DNA from: Vicugna vicugna
Taxonomy: Eukaryota
Direction of reading: 5' to 3'
DNA length: 64,000 nucleotides
Assembly (NCBI GenBank): GCA_013265495.1
Contig: MU061538.1
Span: forward strand, 1,304,001 to 1,368,000
Shown: positions 35,721 to 48,706 of the stretch, piece after piece
Layout: each line of letters begins with the position of its first letter
How positions within the stretch are numbered: position 1 is the first letter of the stretch
Position numbers and translations under genes: made by a program
The notes under the pieces: model-generated
Database searches by the model: none
What the model was told of the DNA's origin: nothing
What the model saw: the letters and a program-made list of their open reading frames with translations, nothing else

Positions 35721-38249
35721 TCTGGAGGTTGAAGACGGAGGACTTGAGTTTAGGAGCAAATACCCATGAGCAAGGAGGATATTCAGGGGGCCTGCCGGCT
35801 TTGCATGCAGCAGCAGGGAGAGTCTGTATTGAGCAGGTTTGAAGGGACAGCGGGGGACAGAAATAAAATGCTGCCTGTCACACGCTGTGAGTCCTACTCG
35901 CTCAGCCTGCAGTTCACGGGGACGTCCTCACCGAGGCACAAAACGGCAGAATCACAGGACAGCCGAAACTCGGGGCTTGCTCAGAAGGACTGAGTGCCCT
36001 GGGGCAGTGAACTTGCAGGCTGTCCTAACTTCTAGGTGGGATTCAGTCTGGAAACAGGAGCGGGTCGTCGAGAACTTACGGTGGTCAGCGTGCGCGAGAG
36101 GGATGGTCCCGGTGTAACGGGTGCTGGCAGTGTGTCGCTGGGCCTTTGAGGCTGACGCAGGGGCTGACAGCCAGTCTCCCTCTGCCTGTGTCCCGCAATC
36201 AGAGACGAGGCTTCATTGGGTCATGCGTGTGCTCAGTGTGGCGCTGCGTCTTCCCTTCCCGTTGTTCATGCTGAGTCACTGGGTCTTTTGTCTCTTCTCT
36301 GCCGGCCCCGTGCGCCTGAGAGAGCTTTCACTGCTGTATCTGCCATCGCAGACTGAGATCAGCACTGACACTGACTTGTGCGTCCAAATGGCTCTGGGTC
36401 CTCGACTTTCGCCGCACGAGGGAAAAAATCCACCACTGATTAGCTACATAGAACCCGATTTTACTTAAACAGACTCCTGTCATTATTTTATTCACTAAAT
36501 TAGGAAAACGTGGAACTCCCCAGTGACTGAGCGGACAAGCCTGTGAGTGGTGGGACGTCGGGAGGAGCGCCGCCCAGGGGGTCTTCTCCCCCCCCCGAGA
36601 ACAGCTCTGTGGACCTTGGGGTGTCTTTCCCCTGGAGGGTCTCCTGGCTGGTCCCGCGGTTGTTCACAGGGATGCTTTGCCAGGAGGCGAATTAGGCGAC
36701 ATGCACTAGAGTCTTCCTCGTCTTTCTTGGTGCCTCGTGTGTCCTGGAACAGGTATTTGGCTGCCGCTTTGGGTTGGGATTTCCCTTTTGAGCAATCTTC
36801 GTGCCTGGCAACTCCCAGGGTGACACCCCCGGACACACACACTCATCAGTGCGGGGTTGGAAGTGCCCGGGGTCTGGTTACAGGCGCAGAGACTTCATAC
36901 ATGTGTCGGGCAGCGGCTTCCCCTCTCGCCCTCCCTCCTTTCCTTGCCTCTCTTTTTCTCCTTCTTTCCTCCTCATCTCCATCCCCCACCCCCGCCCTTT
37001 CCTTTTGAAGCGCCCTGCCAGGGTGCCCGTGCTTGCCCTGGGCAGGCCCATCACATACTGTCAGTAACGCCTGCGCAGTGTTACTTCATCCTGGGCCATG
37101 ATGTTGCTACATCTTTTGCTCCAAGGAAGATGTTAAGCTGATGTGATAAAGCTAATGGTACAGGCTTGCCTCTCTTAAAAATAATTATAGATCAATAAAT
37201 TATGGGGTGAATTATAAGGTAATTATAAAGTAATTTACCGCAGTGTGCCTGTAAATATTGATGATAATTCATTTAATTTAAAAGGCTGGTTCCCCTGCCC
37301 CCCATTTTCATAACAACTGAGCAAAGTGTCAGTGACCGTCACGAAGGCAGGTGCTGCATTCTGTTCGGGTGGCCGTGAGGTGCACCCTGCTTTCTGGGCA
37401 CTTCCTGCTCTGGAAGGGGCGTCTGGAGGGCGGTTGCATCTGTTGGCAACGTCCTGACCACCTCGGTCATCCCCTTTAGACGGGGCAAACGCACGGGCCC
37501 CAGAGCGGGAGAAAGGGGGCCGAGGTGGTAACGGCGTTGGACTCACAGGACAACAGGCAAACGGAGCCAGCACCCAGAGTCGGGGCCCAGCCCCAGCACG
37601 CCGGCTGACGCCTGCGAGGGTTCCTTTCAGAGGACGCAGCACGTCTCCTCCTCTCAAGAAGTCCAGTTACTTCCCGCAGGAAGGCGAGGCAGACTGTCTC
37701 CTCGAGAGGTCATCACACAGTGGCCTCAGTGATGCGAGCCGGGCGGGGAGGGGCAGAGGCGGGACCAAAGCCCTCCTGCTCCCAGAGCCGCAGAGCAGGG
37801 ACCCCTAAGCCCCGCCCTCCCCTGGGGACCCCTCTTCCCAAAGGACATTCCCAGGCTCTCGGCCCTGTGTTATGCGGGTCTGTGCTCTGAGCTGCGATGG
37901 AAGGTGTTTACCCACCGAGGGCCGTTCCCCCACCCCCACCCCACTGTTAGCGGGCAGGACAGGCTGTCTCTTTCGGGGCCCAGTAGCCTGGGTGGGGGGG
38001 TGTCTGTATCGCGTGTAAGATGGTCTCGTAACTAGCACGTGTGTTGAGGTTTTCACGTTTTCTATTGAGCATTGACGCTGTAGGACCGACAACATTAATG
38101 CCATTATTATGCCTGTCGCGGGGAGGGGTTGGCCGGGGGCAGCTCTCAGGAGCTGATCCATTAATAAATCACTTAATTCCAAATCAAAAGCTGTAAGCAA
38201 AAGTGATAGTGTGTAGCCCCAATAAATCTCAGACTAAATCTACTTCTTC

Positions 38250-38930
38250 CTTTTTTTCAAACAGAGGTGAAATTCACATGGTATGAAATTAATCACTTTC
38301 AAGTGAATTATTCAGTGACCTTTAGTGCACGCGCACTGTTGTCTGACCATCATGTCTGTTGGGTTCCAGAACATCTTCTTCATCCCGAGAGGAAAGCCTG
38401 CCTCCGCGGTTCCTCCCTCTTCTCCTCCCAGACCCAGGGGCCCACCAGGCTGCCTCCCGTCCCTGCATTTACCTGCTCTGGATACTTCCTGCAAATGGAC
38501 TCATACTACATGCGACCTTGTGAATGGCTTGCTTCACCTGATGGAATGTTTTAAAGATTCATCCGTGCTTTGGCACAAGCACTTCATGCCTTTTTGTGGC
38601 CGAATGATACTCCGCTGTCCGGCTGGGCCGCGTCTGTGTCACGTCAGCTGTTGAGGGGCCTCTGGGTTGCCCTCCAGACTTCTGGCTGCTGTGAGAAGTG
38701 CTGCTGTGAGCACGTGTGCACCTGCGCCTGTCTGAGCCTGTCTTCACTGCTTCTGGGTCTAGACGTGGAAGTGGTGGGTCGTGTGGTGATTCTGTGTTAA
38801 ACTTCTGGAGGAGCCGTCGGACCTTTCCGAAGCAGCTGCACCATCTTGCACCCCTGCCAGCAGTGTATAAGAGCTCCGGTCCCCTGTGTCCCTCCTGAGG
38901 TCACCTGCATCCACGGCTGGGCGGTGGTCA
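38250..38930 (-). mobile_element. L1MB-type 3' end, GC-shifted
   Basis: gaggtgaaattcacat...ttccagaacatcttcttcatccc...gcagctgcaccatcttgcacccctgccagcagtgtataagag. Confidence 0.88.
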
Positions 38931-40109
38931 GGCTCCCTGTCGGGAGGACCGAGGGGCCCTGGCCTGAGTGCTGGCCCGGGGCATGTGGGCGAGCCACCAA
39001 GGTCTCAGTGAGCCTCGGAATCATCTTTCGTATCCTGATATCTGTGAATTCATCATTTAAAGGGCTGTCGCTAGATACGAGGCGCTCTTCGCCCTTCTTC
39101 CGCCCCCACTTCCCTTCTCAGTGGAGGTTCCTGCCGTGATCCCGGCTCTCCCTGCACAGAAAATAACTTCACCCAGAGTTTAGAGTTGGATCAAATGGGA
39201 TTGAAAGATCAATTTCCAGACTGACTCATAATTAAGATCAAAAAGCAACAACTGATCACCCGGTCTGTCTGTGGCTTTGGTTAGGTTTCTGGAAAGACAG
39301 GATGAAATATATTCACAGAGAAGGCGGGGCAGGTGCTCCAGGCCATGGGGCAGAATTTCTGGGGCTGGAGACCCTCTGCTGCGGCTTCCCCAGGCTGTCC
39401 CTCAGAACCTCGGAGAGGCCTGTGGACCGCCGGCCCACGGCTGGATGGAGCTTCAGAGTCGCAGAGAAGCACGGGTGACGCCAGCAGAGAAGTGGGAAAC
39501 GAGCCGCCTTGCAGCTGGGCGGGGTGGTGCTCAGGAGCTCGGCGGTGCGCACGGGAGATCTTCCTCCCGCCGGCGCTGGTCCCCATGCAGGTGGCTCTGC
39601 AGGGCTAGGGAGAAGGAGGGGCGAAGAGCATCTAGGGAGAGCAGGGCACCACGTCAGACTCGTCGAGGCGCGTGGAAGCCCCCCGGCTCTCTCACCGGGC
39701 GATGGTGGCGGTGTGGAGAGGACACAGAGGGTCTCTGCGGAGAGTAAACCTTGGCATGGGTTTTCGGTCCTCCCAGATGCGCTTTGGAGCCAAAACCTTG
39801 TTTCTCCTCTTTGTCCATCTCATCTGCAACACAAGGCAGCGCAGAGCGATGCCTAGGACAGGTTAGGGGGAGGAAGGTGGGAGTCAGGACTTCCGTCCGC
39901 AGAGGGCCGTGAAGGGCCCTGGGGGCATGAGTCTGCCGGGGCGGGCCTGCACGCGGATGCGGGAAGGAGGGCCCCCGGGGATGCGGCTCCCCGTCCCTGC
40001 CGGCCCTTCCTCCTCCTGGTCTTCCTCCTGGTTCCCATCCCTTCTCCTTGCTTTGTTGGCTGTCTGTCTCCTCTCCCCATTCGGTCAGAGGTCACGGAGC
40101 CCGAGCGCC

Positions 40110-40430
40110 AGCAGAGAGCCCTGATGCTGCGCTCAGAGCTTGCAGCCCAGATCGGAAGCATCAGCAATGCAGTCAGGATAGAGAAGGGGCTGCGGGGGCG
40201 GGTCCTGCTGGGGGTCTGGAAGGTCTCAGGAGGAGCCGCTTTGGGGCCAGTCTCCCAGGTGAGTACGAGTTTGCCAGGTGGAATAAGTGGAGGGGCATTC
40301 CAGAGAGACGGATGCAGGGAGGAGGGACAATGGATGGAGGTGGGCGTTGTCGCAAAGCAAGATGGTGCACAGGGGAGTTAACGTGGCAGCTGTGGGATGA
40401 GAGACTGAAGTCAACGAGAAATTAGAAATG
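40110..40430 (-). mobile_element. L2 fragment
   Basis: ggaaggtctcaggaggag...gagtttgccaggtg...ggggcattccagagaga. Confidence 0.6.
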
Positions 40431-41106
40431 AGGGTAAAAGAAGCAAAGTAAGCCCTCTGTGTTTAGCCGTGACTCTGTAAATGCCATTGATGGGGGTCAG
40501 CTTGGTGTGAGTGGTCTGACCACTGTCTCCCAGGGAGAGGGATCCTCCTGACCGCGAGGGAGCTTGCCGGGAAAGCTCTGAGCCATGGGCATTTCCGTAT
40601 GGGTACCATTATGGGGGGACGCCCATGGTTTGGGAAGTAAAACTCAACTCTGAAATCTTTGCACTTTTATTTCCCTGATTGTCTTGCCCCTTCAAGTCGA
40701 TTTGAGATCTATGACTTCAAATTTACCTCTCAGGAGGAGGAGTACCCTGCTCCCTCAAAACAGTGTTTGAGCAAGGGCCAGTTTGCACTATGCATTTCGA
40801 TGATAAAGAAATCTCACCAGCATCCCCACTCAGAGAACGCTTTTATTGCTTGAAGATGCTCGCATATGGGAGGAGTTAGCGGAAGTTAGTAAGTTGCAAG
40901 AACTCAGCATTGATGTTGACAGAACTTCTCGTAGAGCCGCTCAAAATAAGATCATTGTTGGCTGAGTTTATTTTCAAATTGTTTTGTTTTTAGTAGCACT
41001 TTAGGATCTAATGTGATGAGAGAGAACTTCCGTGTTTAAAAATTTTAAGCGTTGCAGCTAACAAAGGGCAGGAGAGCCACACGTTCGCTTAACTGTCTTT
41101 CTCTGT

Positions 41107-41131
41107 GCAGACACCAGATGGCGCCATGTTG
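41107..41131 (+). promoter_or_regulatory. Candidate CTCF site overlapping a YY1 motif
   Basis: CACCAGATGGCGCC (41112-41125) fits the CTCF core. GGCGCCATGTTG fits the YY1 pattern CGCCATnTT. Motif match only. Confidence 0.5.
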
Positions 41132-42214
41132 CAGGTTCTTAAAACATTAATTTATTTAAAAAACGAATTTGGGAATTATGGCTGCTGGTATTCTAGGTTC
41201 AATAGATTTTGTTTAGTGTTTCAAAATTTAGTGTTTCTCTGTGATAAGGGATTCAAAGACGGCATTTAGGATTTTTTCCAGTCCCCATTCTCATCCGTTG
41301 ATTTTTCAGGCTTTCAGCTTTACAGACACAGGCTGTCCTGGCAGAAGTGTGACGGCTGGTCTCACTGCCTTTCCGTTTTTCTGTTCTGTTGCTCCCTTCT
41401 GTCCGTACAAAAGGGATTCACTAAGAGTTACTTACACTAAAATGTTAGTGGCTTCTTTCCCTAGAGGAATGGGTGCAGAGTAACTTTTGAAGCAAAGGAT
41501 TGACTTGCTAGTGGACTGTGAGCTCTCAGTGACAAGCCAGTTCAGAAAAATGTGTTCAAGACTTACATCTACGTTTACCCCGACCTTCCCTTCTTCTTTT
41601 TATCTGGATACATCATAAAAATGTATGTCAGTCGTGTAGTGTGATAAATACATTTTGCTCAAGGCAGAATTGGTTTTCCTTGTTTTTATAAGAACACTGT
41701 GTTTTGCTACGAATGGCCCCCATGAGTTTACAACTAATGGAAAATGTTTTCTGAGCATTGATTTGAAGTCTGAGAGGAACTGTGTAAAAAAAATGGAACA
41801 GGAAAACCATCTGAATATCCAGGAATGCTATAATTGATGTATTTGAATCTTAAAACAATATTTATCGCTGTGGCTAACGCGGTATAATACACACTGCGGA
41901 CGCTTCAAAGGAATGGGGTAGGTTCTGCAGTTGAAATTACAGCTTCTGTTGTACATTCTTTCAGGTTATCCTTTATTTTTATAAAAATATTCCTCTTGCT
42001 GAACATATATTTTGAGATTAAGAAGTGCCTTTTCTCTCTCAGAGAGGACTATTTCCCATCCCTCAGGCCCTAAGGCGTCTTCAGAAAGATGCCTGTGCTG
42101 GTGGGGGCTGGGCTGACACAGAGGCGCTCCCGCTGGGACCGTCCGACCAGGGAGGCCCGTTCCCACGCCTCCTCCTGGGGCTAGTTAAGGACAGGGCTGC
42201 TACCCATGGTTTTT

Positions 42215-42322
42215 AGAGTGTGTGTGTGTGCAGGTGACCGAAACACGAATCTGTGCACCAGAAAGGGACAACGTTGTCAGCTGACTGCACTACGGTGAAA
42301 AGGAATGCAAACTAAAGAAAAT
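42215..42322 (+). mobile_element. Short L1 3' terminal fragment
   Basis: ctgtgcaccagaaagggacaacgttgtcagctgactgcact followed by an A-rich end. This is a GC-shifted version of ctgtacacctgaaactaacacaacattgtaaatcaactatact. Confidence 0.65.
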
Positions 42323-44733
42323 CGCAGGCGGCCGCTGGGATTAATGGTCAAGAAAACTGAACTCAGACCCGTGATGTTAGGCTTCCACGGAGGAAATGTT
42401 ATGTAAATGAACCCGCACGTTAACTTACCATCAGACATCCAGACACCGTGTGCTCCCGGGGACGCCGCGTGCTCACGGCAAAGCCTTAAGGCATCAGTAT
42501 CTGGTGCCTCTTCGCCCTCCGATTACGGTGGGGTAAATGCCTGCTCGGGAAGGGAAGCAGTCCTTTATTACATTATTTGATGTTTACTGACTCAGCCAGC
42601 CGCTCAGTGCGCAGCGACCGTGGCCGCGACGGCGGGGGCCGGTCTGCTCTGCCCCACGGGCCCCCGCCCTCAGCGGCCTCGCCCTGCGCTGCCCGCTGCT
42701 CTGGGGCCTCGGCGGCCCCCGCGCCCAGCACCTCGTCTGTAGAGAGGAGAGATGGGGAGGACCGCGAGTGGTCCTGGGCACCTAGTAGGAGCTCAATTAA
42801 TAGGGGTTCCCTTCATTCATAAGCAGGTGACAGGCTAGTTACTGGGACAGAAGACAGACAGCAGTGACAGACTCAGCCCCCACCTGTCAGCGTGAGAACG
42901 GCTCCTGGAATGGGGACCCCAGTCAGGTGTCAGCGTCTTTCTGCTTTCTTCTTTTTCTCAGGCCTTGCAGGACACGGGTGTGGGTTTGTAAAGCTTCTGA
43001 CAGTGACAGCCGGGCTCGTCTCGGCGCTGCGGATGGGGAGTGATGAGTGATCGCCACAGAGGGTTGGCTTTTTCTCCGTTAAGTGCAGAGGTGACGGCAA
43101 GAAGCCAGAAATGGCCCCGTGTTGCAGGAGGAATTTGGTCGTCTTGTGTTTCTGGTGCCCTGGGTGGTGTTTTCTTAAGTCTACGGGAAAGGGTGAGCGA
43201 GCAGGGCAGATGTTTCAGCCCTTCCTCCCTCTGCGTGCTCTCTGCCTCATCTCAGACTCCAGGTGTTGGAATGAGTCCCAGCGAGATGCATTGCTGGGCG
43301 GACCCCAGTCCACGCGCGCGGCCCTGTGACCCTCTGGGGACCAGGGTGTCGTGGAGCCTCGTGTGCTGTCCGGCTCCTCCCCAGAACCGCAGCCCGCAGG
43401 ATGAGGCAGGACAGGCTTCTTCTCAGCAGGAGCTCACGCTCCTCTCACAGAGCCGAGAGCCGGATGCGGGGAGTGACCCGGGACGGCCAGGAAGGACGTC
43501 TGGGCCCTGGAGCCGCTGGGAGGGTGTCGTGGACGGAGGAAGGAGTGGGAACTGGGGGGACTCAGGGCTGGGCCCACCGACTTGCCTGTGACAGGGCAGG
43601 CCTGGGACTGGCTTTCATCGTGTAATCTGTCCTGGGTTACGCGATGGCTTTGTGTTGGGTCGCAGCAGCGGGGTGTTGTGTGTGGCTTCCCCGAGCCGAG
43701 AAGGCTGCACCCAGGACCTGGAGAGCCTCTTCGCCGCTGCTCCTGCTGAGTGCACGTCTCCCGGTGATGGACGTGGTCAGGCCCACGTGGCCCTGTAGGT
43801 TCCCAGCTCTGCGTGCGGACCCGCCCTGGGCTCTCTGGTCGTGTGCGGCTCCCTGGGAGCTGTGTCTCAGGTGGGGCTCTCTCACGGCGGAACGGTTTCT
43901 GGAGTGGCCCGCCCCTCTGTCTTAGTAAAAGGTCTGTCTTGGATGATGCACAGCCAGAGAGCTCCACATCGGTCAGAGAAAGACTCGCCCTTCACCTCTG
44001 TTTCCCTTGTGAGCTGGACCAGGCAGCTGGTGGCTGGCTGCTGCTGAATCCTGCCGTTCCTCTGTTCGGCCGTCCAGGGCGCTGCGTGCCCCAGCCTCTC
44101 GCCACTTGAGGAATTCCATCCATTCCAGGCAGGAAAACCCGCTTCAACTCCTAAGCTACAAACAACAAAGACTCACAAGAAGCTGGCTCGGAACTTAGAG
44201 AAAGGAAGGCTGGGTACGAGGCACTTAATTGCAATTACTAGTTTATGGCAGGAGCTGGGGGGCCAGTCTGCCTTGTCCCCTGCCTTACAGACAAGGCAGA
44301 GGCAGCTCATCTGTTGTAACAAAACTTCGTTACAGAAGAACCGCTGAATTTGTTTGTTTGTTTCATGTACGGATTTAGTCCGTGAAGTGAGTCTCATTGT
44401 GAGTGGCTACCCAGGGGTAGCTTTTGTCTCAGAGACGGTAGGAATCGTAAAATGTTGTCACCACTAAATTATGTCATGGAATGAAGTAGAATTTTACCAT
44501 TAATTGGATCCAGGCCCTCTGACCTTTTTGCAGGAAGCAAACTAAAGGTATAATAATTTTTATAAAGATGAGCTTTCTGTACTTCCAGTAATTTTTTTGA
44601 AACACTGGTATAGTTTCTGGACAGTGAAAGAACTCTGACTTTACTGTTCTTGAAATAGATAGCCTGGGTTGCAGGGTTGCTTTCTCATTCCTTCTTTCTC
44701 TCTCCCCGCTGGTCCCTGCCCGCCCCGCCCCAG

Positions 44734-44748
44734 GTGAGAACAGTGCAG
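44734..44748 (+). other. Candidate 15-nt microexon / recursive splice site
   Basis: Pyrimidine tract (about 44680-44730) followed by CAG | GTGAGAACAGTGCAG | GTGAGT. Confidence 0.35.
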
Positions 44749-47700
44749 GTGAGTGAACTCAGAGATAACTCATATTCAGGAGCAAAAACCTCATGGAATC
44801 TAATTTAGATTTCAACCAGCATAGTTTGTAAAATGATTGCATTCAGATTCTTTCCCCAAATGTCAAGCCAGATAGAAGCCCAGCCATCCTTTGACGAACT
44901 AAAAGAATATATTCAGTGGTATTTTTTTTTCTTCTGAGACTAAATACAGAAGATTTTTAAAACTCTGAAACTAAAATATTGAAAGCAGGTAAAAAAAAAT
45001 CAAAAGCTCCAAATTGGCTTTTGAGATAAAATACCCCAGGTGACGCGGGAGGCGGTCTCGCACAGATCTGAGCTGGCTTACTTCCGATTCTGGTCAGCTT
45101 ATTGTAATCTTTTTGAGCTCTGCTGTGCATGGTCTTTGCTCACATGTTGACTGGGCCACTGGTGTTCTTACTGGCTCTCCTAAACACTGTGCGCTGAGTC
45201 ACATTAAAAAAAATCTAACTGGTGTTTGTAAGTCGACTGATGGATAGAGCTGGGTAGATATAGTGCTTACTTCACAACTGCCCCTCACGACACAAAGCCT
45301 GGGCCAACTTCCCTGAATTTAAAAATTTGATGAGCTGCTCAGATGCTCGGTGTGTAAGAGGTACGTAGTAACTTCTGGTGATGGTTTACCACCGAAGAGC
45401 ACGTGAAGGGAGATAAGGTGCCTGTGCTGTTGAGCCCTGCGGCTCTCGGGTTCCACCCCGGTGAGCTCCCAGCCGTTGCAAGTTGGACTGTAGGAAGGGT
45501 GGATGCCTTCAGGGCGCCCTCAGCCACTCCTGCACTGTGCAGAGTGGGAACAGCCTCCCCAAATGGGTCAGTTAATTGTTCAGTTATCTCGAGTACTTGT
45601 AAATTTGGATGAAATCATCAAACAATTTGACCGTAAGATGTGAAATCACTGCCTTGAGATAATAGCATCGAAGCCCTCATTGACGGCTGCTGCGTGGAAG
45701 GTTAGAGACGGTCGTTTTGTTTTGCAATTAAATAACGTACAGAGGAGTTGTATGTGCCTCTCTGCACCCACTCAGAGACATGTATTTTTATGAAACGATT
45801 TCAGAGCCATAGAGGCACCTTTTTATGCGCCTTGCTTGGGCAGCGTGGCAGGATAATTAGCAATGTGTATGGAGTATTTTGTAAGTAAAGACAAGAGAGA
45901 AGCAATTACTCATACTGCTGACGAACTGTCACAGGCTGTTGGGAAGTGAGGTCAACAAGATGCTGCTGCATGGCTGAGCGCTTTATTTGAAGTAGAGATG
46001 TGTGCTCTCTGAATGAAGTTATTAATGATGTGACAGAAATCTTAAAAAACACCCGTTTTGGTGGGAAACTGTGGGCAGAGCCTTGTACTGACAAGTTAGC
46101 TGCCCAGAGGAAGCTTTGGGGAATATACTGCTATTCTGGCAGGTACTTGTTGCAACAATAAAAAATAGGAGAAGGCTGTCGTTCTGTTACCTGTCCCCAT
46201 CTTTTTGGCTGCAACTTTATCGCGAGAACGTGCCTGACAGCTGGCGGTTTTCCTCGTTAGGGGAGCGCTTTCCTTCCCCGGTTTGCGCTTCGCAGGCGCA
46301 GGTGCGGGCGGTGCTGGGTGGTCCTCAGAGGACTCGATCGGATGCTCACTCTTGTTCCTGTCGCCCTGACAACGCAGGGGGCCAGACGGGGAAGGGGTGC
46401 TCAGGTGTGTGCGGCCAGCGGAAGGGCCAGGGCAGTCGGGGCAGCTTAGGTGAGTGCACGGGGAGGAGGGAGGCCCCCAGGGCTAATGATGGATTGTTCT
46501 AGAAGTCCTGATGTTCTCAGTGTCCGAGCCCCTACGTCTCCCCCAGATGAATAGATTTTGGGCAGATTACAAATGAAGGAGCCACCCCTTTGAGCAAAGA
46601 GAAAGCCTTCTCACAAGAGGTGATGCTAAACTCCATCCCCACCATCATGGCCCACAGCGAAGAGGTAAGGGGCAGCTGGTGGACAGGAGACCGTCCCTGG
46701 GAGGGGCCTATCTGAGTCCTGGGGGCCGGCCTCAGGGAGGAAGCCGGCTTCTCCATCTCCTCCTTCAGTGCCTCCTGCAGACACCCAGCCCCGGGCCAAG
46801 GGCCACTGTGCTTATGTTCTCAGATAATCAGATTTTGCTGGTAAGAGGAGCTTGGCTCCTTTTGGAAACAGTTTGAGAGCCGCGTCTTCTCGTGGAGGAC
46901 TGGCCGGAAGTGCTGGCCTGTTGCGTCCAGTTTGCCGTGCAGAGCCCACTTCTCACTGCCGGCATCTCCACTGACCGAGAACCGTTACGCAGGGGGCCTG
47001 CCTCCTGGTCTCTGTCTCCAGGTTTATTTTGGTGGCCCAGGTGCTTCCCTGTGCTCCTCGGAGTCGGTGAGGTGATGTTTCGCTCCCCTTCAACTTAGAA
47101 CAAAGCCCGAGAAAGCACGGTTCTGACTTGACCACATCCCCTCACTGCCTCGAATAGAAATATCCAGAAACACTCACTTCTGGGCAAAAAGGCACCGCTC
47201 TTTTGTGTTCTCTGCAGCACGCTGTGCTCCCCGGAGCTACGAAACATCCCCCATTGTCTGCGCGAAGCTCTGTCTGTCTCCTGGGCGTCTACCTGTGTCT
47301 GTCCTGGATCACCTGCGACAGTGGGGTGGCCTTCCCCAGACTGCTGCTGGGCCGCGCAGACTGTCAGCGTGATAAAACAGCAGCCTGGGTCTGCAGGGAG
47401 ATAATCGGAGCTTATTCTGATTAAAAGGAAGCAAAGTATTTTAAGTGGCTGGTGGGTGCGGGGGGTCCGGGAGGCCGCGGTATCCGATAGGCGGGCTCTT
47501 AGCCGGTGTTGACAGCTGAGGTTTTAGGAGAAAATGCTGCAGAGTAAAGAATGCCATTCTCTTGCAAACACCAGCTCTTGTTTGAATATTATCGACGTTT
47601 TCAAGAGGGGTTTTCAAATGTGTGCAGACTTCAAATATGTAGTCCCTCGGTTCAGCTTTTTGAAGCCTCTGAAATCTGGTGCGGTAACCAGAGTTGGACA

Positions 47701-48034
47701 TTTTATTAGAAAAATAACCTGCAGGGACAATGTAAGCGAAGGAGTCGTTCTTACAAGCCCTTCTTAGTGCAGAATCTGTTAGAGCTTCTTTAACGTGCAT
47801 GCTCACAGACGTGCACACAGACACGCGTTTGTGATAGAGTCATGGTGACAAATTTATAGTGAACATGGTGACTGGAGATTGTGAGATCGTGTTGTTATAA
47901 AGCCGATTTCTGCCTAGTTATTTTTTTTCTGTGCTTTTCTGTGCCCATGTGGATCATTTGGGATTTTTAAAATATCACCTTCACATAAAGGCAAGAATCA
48001 GTATACCTAGATTTAGAGTTTTAGAAAAAGCTAA

Positions 48035-48644
48035 GTTTTTTTTTATTGAAGTATAGTTGGTTTGCAATGTTGTGTTAGTTTCTGGTGTTCAGCACAGTGA
48101 TTCAGTGATAACGTGTTCTTTTTCATATTCTTTCCCATTATAGGCTATTACTAGCTATTGAATATAGTTCCCCGTGCCATGCAGTAGGTCCTTGCTTATC
48201 TGTTTTATGTGTAGTAGTGTGTGTCTGCTAGTCCCAGACTCCTGATTTATCCCCCTCCCCTTTTCCCTATGGTAGCCATAAATTTGTTTTCTGTGTCTGA
48301 GACTCTTTCTGTTTTGTAAATAAGCTCATTTGTGTCTTTTTTAGATTCCACATATAAGTGATATCATATGGTATTTTTGTTTCTCTTTCTGGCTTAATTC
48401 ACTTAGAATGACAATCTCCAGGTCATTTTATTCTTTTTTATGGCCAAGTAGTATTCCATTGTATATGCCATAGCTTCTTTATCCAGTCATCTGTTGATGG
48501 ACATTTAGGTTGTTTCCACATCTTGGATGTTGTATTTAGTGCTGCTATGAACATTGGGGTGCATGTATCTTTCTGAATTTTATTTTTCTCCAGATATATG
48601 CCCAGGAGTGGGATTGCTGGATCATAGGGTAGCTCTATTTTTAG
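48035..48644 (-). mobile_element. 5'-truncated L1 with perfect 14-bp TSD
   Basis: Poly(T) plus antisense L1 3' end. TTAGAAAAAGCTAA occurs at 48021-48034 and 48645-48658. Confidence 0.95.
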
Positions 48645-48706
48645 TTAGAAAAAGCTAATATTTTAAGGAAAACATTCCCTCTCTCTTTCATAGAGTCAAG
48701 CTTGAC

